DNA from: Octopus vulgaris
Taxonomy: Eukaryota
Assembly: GCA_951406725.2 (NCBI GenBank)
Contig: OX597817.1
Span: forward strand, 132,060,001 to 132,124,000
Direction of reading: 5' to 3'
DNA length: 64,000 bases
The position numbers and the translations under genes were made by a program. Positions 58,251-64,000 of the stretch are shown in pieces. Position 1 is the first letter of the stretch; the number at the start of each line of letters is the position of its first letter. The notes under the pieces were generated by a model. The model worked only from the letters and a program-made list of their open reading frames with translations. It did not search any database and was not told the DNA's origin.

Positions 58251-58743
58251 AATAGGTCACTAAATAAGTGTTGTTTAAGGATGATGAACGAAACACCTGT
58301 GTTTCCAGGGACGAATTATCCAAACCCCATAGAATCCCTCTCAACACATGGCTATGACGCTCCCCCACTAATTCTGCTCATCATCAGGGATGCACATATC
58401 GTCAGCCACTAAGGGACATGCCCAACTGGTTAAGCTCAAGCAACTGGCAGGTAAATCTGTGGTATTGAGCATAAATGATATTTGTTGTAGTTCATCGTTT
58501 TGATAATATTGCCTGGCATTGCATCAGGACAGTCCTTATTAGTTGGCAGAAACGTCAGCACGCCGGGTGAAATGCTTATCAGTATTTCGTCTGTCTTATG
58601 TTCTGAGTTCGAATTCCGCTAAGGTCGATTTTGCTTTTCATTCATTCGGGTTGATAAACTAAGCACCAGTTTCGTATTGGGGTCGATTTAATTGGCTGGC
58701 CCCCTCCCCCAAAATTTCGGGCCTTCTGCCTAGAGTAGAAAAG

Positions 58744-58809
<66 letters not shown>

Positions 58810-59619
58810 ATCAGTAGTAGAAGTAGTAGTAGTAGTAGTAACAGCAGCAGTCGCTGTTATTGTAGCAGCAGAAACAGCCGGTATCATTGCAGTGATCTTA
58901 TCATGCCTTCTCTTTCTGCATTCATTCTCTGCTGACATTGTATCGGATTTATATTCCGATTCAATATCAACGATGATCTCATCTCAATCATCCCACACTC
59001 TTCATTTTTGGATAACAGACTTGTTGATCTATAAAGCTTTTGATCTAATTTATCCTTCGGCCTTTCGGGATGGGTTGCCAAGATCGTTCCTTTAATTTCT
59101 TTCTTCTAAAGCACTTTCTTAACCATAGACAGTTGTCCTTCTCATTGAATATCTCGTTTTTATTCTTGAAAAATACCAATAGAAGCTTCTTTCCTTCGGA
59201 GTCTCATTTCCTCTTTTCCACATTTCCATATTTTGCTTCTTTTTAGTTCCTGCATTTTTTAAAAATACTCCTTGTTTTTCGACTCGACAATACACTTCTC
59301 TTCTTTAGTTCTACGACCTCTTTAACGCCCATTAACCCTATCCGTTCGTCTTCTTTCCTTTTCCAAAAAAACACAAGTCCACAGCAGTTTGAGGCTGCAT
59401 GCTACTCGACGTCGCGAGCTGTTTTCGTTTTTCAGTCCATTCCTTCCAGGATTTCTTTCTAGTTTTTATATTGTTATTTCAAATCTTACTGAAGTCGACT
59501 CTGCCTTTTTATCTTTCGGAGGTCGATGAGTACTAGGTCGATGGAATCGACTATCTCTGTCAAAAAATGGCTAGCTATATACCAAAAAGTGGAAACCATA
59601 TTATTATTATTATTTTTAC

Positions 59620-59688
<69 letters not shown>

Positions 59689-59693
59689 CATTA

Positions 59694-60249
59694 TTGAGTG
59701 AGAGAGCAGTTCATGCCATCAAAGTGACACTGGGGTAAAATATACGAAGCCCAATATACCCATCATGACTACCCGTCTGATAAAGGTACACCAGGCACAT
59801 GCATCACAACCATATGTGCGCGACATGGTGATCTCATATCAAGATAAACAGCACATGACCTTCCAGGTGGGGCCCAGTTAGAATTTTCTTCAGGTTGAGT
59901 AGCCCATCCCGCTCAAACGGTCCCTGAATAAGGGTTGCTTAAGGATGTTGAAAGAACCACCCATGTTTCCAGAGGTGAACTATTCAAACCCCAAAGAATC
60001 CCTCTCAACACATGGCTATGATGCTCCTCCACTACTTCTGCTCGTGATCAGAGATGCACATATCGTCAGCCACTAAGGGACATGCTCAACTGGTTAAGGT
60101 CAAACAACTGACAAGCAAATCTGTGGTATTGAGCAGAATATTTGCTGTAGCCCATCTTTTATACCAAGACAAAACAATGTACATGATAACACTTCCAATC
60201 AGTTAAGATCAGAAGCCATGAGACCCACTGCCTGGTACTGCATCAGGGC

Positions 60250-60252
<3 letters not shown>
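59694..60252 (+). mobile_element. Unclassified interspersed repeat (family F) embedded in (ATT)n
   Basis: Partial copies at about 28620-28918 and 58255-58530 share aaccccaaagaatccctctcaacacatggctatgatgctcc...cagagatgcacatatcgtcagccactaagggacatg. Confidence 0.75.
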
Positions 60253-60285
<33 letters not shown>

Positions 60286-60324
60286 CATCATCATCATCAT
60301 CATTATTATTATTAGGATTATTAT

Positions 60325-60812
60325 TCAGTAGTTTTATTTTTTATATCGTGCTTTCACTTCACTACCGCGCGCAGCTCTGTGTGTCTTGGGTATGTGCTGT
60401 GGTTTGATCTGATGCTCTTATTTTTATCATATTGAAAGTGTTTTACGTAGGATGTGTATAGTGCCCAGTAGTGCAATTTTCTCTATGTTATATATATTTA
60501 TTTGTCCTGGTGTTTTTGTTAAGTATTTGTTTGAATATTTTTTTATCATGCCTAATGCACCTACTATGATAGGAATTGTTTCAGTTTTTAGACTCCAAAT
60601 TCGAGTTACCTCTATTTCCAGGTCTTTGTATTTGAATTTTTCTCCATTTGTTTAAAAGACATGCTGTCATCTGTTGGTATTGATACATCAATTAGAAAGT
60701 ATTTTTTTCTTCGTGATCTCAGACAATTATATCTGGCCTATTGGTCTTAATTTCTCTAGCTGTGTGTATTGGCACATCCTATAGTATGGTTTCTTTCTCG
60801 TTTTCTGTGATC
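60325..60812 (-). mobile_element. R4/Dong-like LINE 3' remnant
   Basis: Minus strand NRPDI, TIPIIVGALGMI and KIALLGTIHILRK; bounded by (ATT)n. Confidence 0.78.
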
Positions 60813-60862
<50 letters not shown>

Positions 60863-62254
60863 TATTACTGTTGTTGTTGTTGTTAAGGTGACGAGATGGT
60901 AGAAACGTTAGCACGCCAGGCTAAATCATTTGTGGTATTTCGCCTGTCTTCATGTTCTGAGTTCAAATTCCGCCGGGGTCGATAAATTAAGTACCAATGA
61001 AACACTGGATGTCGATGAAGCAAAGTTTGAAACCATTATTATTATCCCTATTGTTAAGTCGACGAGCTGGCAGAATTGTTAGCACGCTGGGCAAACTGCT
61101 TAGCGGTATTTCATGTCTTGAGATCAACTCTCGGCTGGTTCGACTTTGGTTTTCAGCCATTCGGGGTCGGTAAAATAAATACCAGTTGAGTACTGCGATT
61201 GATGAAATCGATTAGGCCCCCTCCCCCAAAATTTCAGGCTTTGTGCCTAAAGTAGAAATGATTATTAATGCTGCTGTTGTCTTCTTCTTCTTCTTTTTCT
61301 TCCTCTTCTTTTTCTTCTTCTTCTTCTCCTTCTCCTCCTCCTCCTCCTTCTTCTTCTTCTTCTTCTTCTTCTTCTCCTCCTCCTCCTCCTCCTCCTCCTT
61401 CTTCTTCTTCTTCTTCTTCTCCTCCTCCTCCTCCTCCTTCTTCTTCTTCTTCTTCTTATCAGGACTCTCGCCATTAGCCACAAAGAATAATCTCTAATTC
61501 GAGCCTATTCTAAGCTACTAAGAATGTGTGTGGTAACTTGAAGATCCACTCACCACACGCGATAGACTGGTGGTTGCACGGGCGCGAAAGCTACGTTATT
61601 ATCCTCATTCCGTAAACGGTGGCTTTTAACGGGTGGAGAGCTGAACCATCCTGGGGTACAGAGGATTCGCAATCTAGACTAGGATCTGAAAGTTTAATAC
61701 ACCATAGTGGGCTACACCATGGTTTCTCTGCTTTGTGGCAGAAGTAGGAAGAAAGAGTGAGAGAAATTTGTGGTGAAAGAGTACAGAGGGGTTCATCCCC
61801 ACCACCCGCGGGAGCCTCGTGAAGATTAGGTGCTTTTGCTCAATAAACACTCACAATACCCGGTCTGGGAATCGAAACCGCCTTCTTACGAGCGCGAGTC
61901 CGCTGCCCTAACCACTGGGCCGTTGCGCCTCCACTGCTGTTGTTGTTGTCGTCGTCGTTACCACCCCTTACACCTCCACCACGTCCATCATCATCACTGT
62001 CGTCGTCATCTTCACCATCAAGCCACACGTTACTATAACATTATTCCTACTAACAAGAAAACATTTATTACAGTCGTTTTAACTCAATCTCGTTTTCATC
62101 AGTAATTAACAATTCAACTACAGCAGGGATTCCCAACCATTGTTTTTTCCTCTATTGACCCCTTTCATTCGTAATTTACTCAGCTGGACCTCCATAGCCA
62201 TTCGATGTTTTAAAAATATCCTATAATGCTTTTATAAGTAGATTCTTTATTTTT

Positions 62255-62457
62255 TATTCTTTTACTTGTTTCAGTCATTTGACTGCGGCCATGCTAGAGC
62301 ACCGTCTCTAATCGAACATATCGACCCCAAGACTTATTCTTTGTAAGCCTAGTACTTATTCTATCGGTCGTTATTGCCAAACCGCTAGGTTACAGGGGCA
62401 TAAGCTCACCAACATCAGTTGTCAAGTGATGGTGAGGGGACAAACACAGATACACAA

Positions 62458-62539
<82 letters not shown>

Positions 62540-62698
62540 GACGGGCATCTTTCAGTTTCCGTCCATCAAATCCACTCATAAGGATTTGGTTGGCCCGAGG
62601 CTATAGTAGAATACACTTGCTCAATACGCCATGCAGTAGGACTGACCCCGGAACCGTGTGGTTGGAAAGCAAGTTTCTTGCCACACAGCCACATCTGT
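62255..62698 (-). mobile_element. SINE family A copy
   Basis: Reverse complement of family A, near full length. Confidence 0.82.
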
Positions 62699-64000
62699 AT
62701 AATAAAAAAAATTGTTGAAATAGTTCTTGTACTCTATCACTAATTCATTGCACATAAATTTTAACAAAATAATCTGATGTGGATCCCCAAGGGCCATGTA
62801 GACCCTGGCTGACAACCACCGATCTAAACAATTAACCTTTATTTCCCATTGCTAACCGAAGATGTGAAGCACTCTATCTGGGGTTTTTTTTTGGAGGGGG
62901 GGGTTGCTGTGTTTTTTTCAATAGTAACGCATTCATTATTCACTCCATCCTCACAGACACTAAACGTTGTTGTCATCTTCTACATCACCTAGTCTAATGT
63001 TTCAAATTAAATTCATTTTAAACTTTGATTTCATTAAACTTATTAAAACTAATTAAAACTATTCAGTCTTTGAAACTCTGAAAAGGATTTCCGGTTCAAC
63101 ATGACCCTTATCTTCCTCTATTCACAAACGGAAAGATAAGAAAACAAAGCACGTTATTGTTGGAATTTTATGGAAGCAAGGTTTCAATAGTTAAAAGATA
63201 TCGGTTCTGATCCTTTTAAACGAAATTAGTGTTCAATATCTCATCACCTCATCATTTCCTCATTTCATCATTGTGATAACAATAGCCTAATGGTGAATCA
63301 TCTATTCTGTCGTTTCCGCAAAAGTTGACTTCGAGCTACACATTAGTGCATTTAAGGCATTAACATTACTTTTACAAAACATTTATATTTTATGGTCCTC
63401 ATTTTGTTTGACTAAAGCGAGGCTTTATCTATTTCTTGATTTTATTGATAGATTTTCTATCAACATGCGCAGAGTCAGCAAATTTCAAATTGCATTTACG
63501 CCACGTTACAGATTATGCTTTTATTTTCGAAACTCATCATAGCGGGGTTTCTTTCGTCCTGAAATATTGAATCGCACAACTTACAAAGAAAGAGAATAAT
63601 TGCATTTCTTCTTGGTTTCTTTCTTTATGATACCATAATGGATTTTTGATTTCTATACAGACCATGTGCAACACTAATATGTAATCTTGATTATATATCT
63701 AATGGAAGGTGGTGAAAGGGAAGCACCAATTTCTTCGCAGTCATATATTCTGACATTCGCACTTAGCATCCTACTGACTAATGATGCTGGCATTTGCCCA
63801 AAGCATAATGATGTCAAGGTCGACTCTGAAAATAAACCGCGGCGTGAGCTATATATATTCCGAGGAAAGTAGTTCAGATAGTTCTTATTGAATATAGTAA
63901 GATTTCTATGACGAATAGACACTTCGAAAAATTCATTTGCTTGAGTCAGAATTTTCTGTAGAGTGCAATAGACTGGGAAAAATAGGCACCAATTTGAATG

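Noticed and set aside
61280-61457. Periodic CTT/CCT array giving poly-K/E or poly-R ORFs
   Set aside because: A compound trinucleotide microsatellite, with no spacer structure or coding evidence.

Overview
AT-rich, microsatellite-saturated animal genomic DNA; the SINE and microsatellite repertoire suggests an octopus or other coleoid cephalopod (inference, not verified). The window lies inside one large + strand gene. Four phase-compatible GT-AG exons (4677-4829, 11480-11584, 23280-23487, 41506-41661) splice into a continuous frame resembling the GAIN domain of a latrophilin/BAI-type adhesion GPCR. The introns hold several tRNA-derived SINE families, decayed LINEs (R4/Dong-like in (TAA)n, HERO-like, RTE, CR1/L2), Tc1/mariner remnants (including DD37D), a MITE and a Helentron-type HINE. 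Most supplied ORFs are microsatellite artefacts. The most striking signal is a set of type I hammerhead ribozyme (HHR) motifs from several unrelated short repeats, mostly embedded in microsatellites and some with inverted copies, as expected for Penelope-like element derivatives. They include a near-canonical GUA-site HHR (10589-10639), a minimal HHR (54740-54814), a G3:C8 core-swap variant (29438-29488, minus) and a tRNA-headed SINE-like element ending in a decayed HHR (12666-13060). All RNA folds were derived by hand and none is shown to be active.
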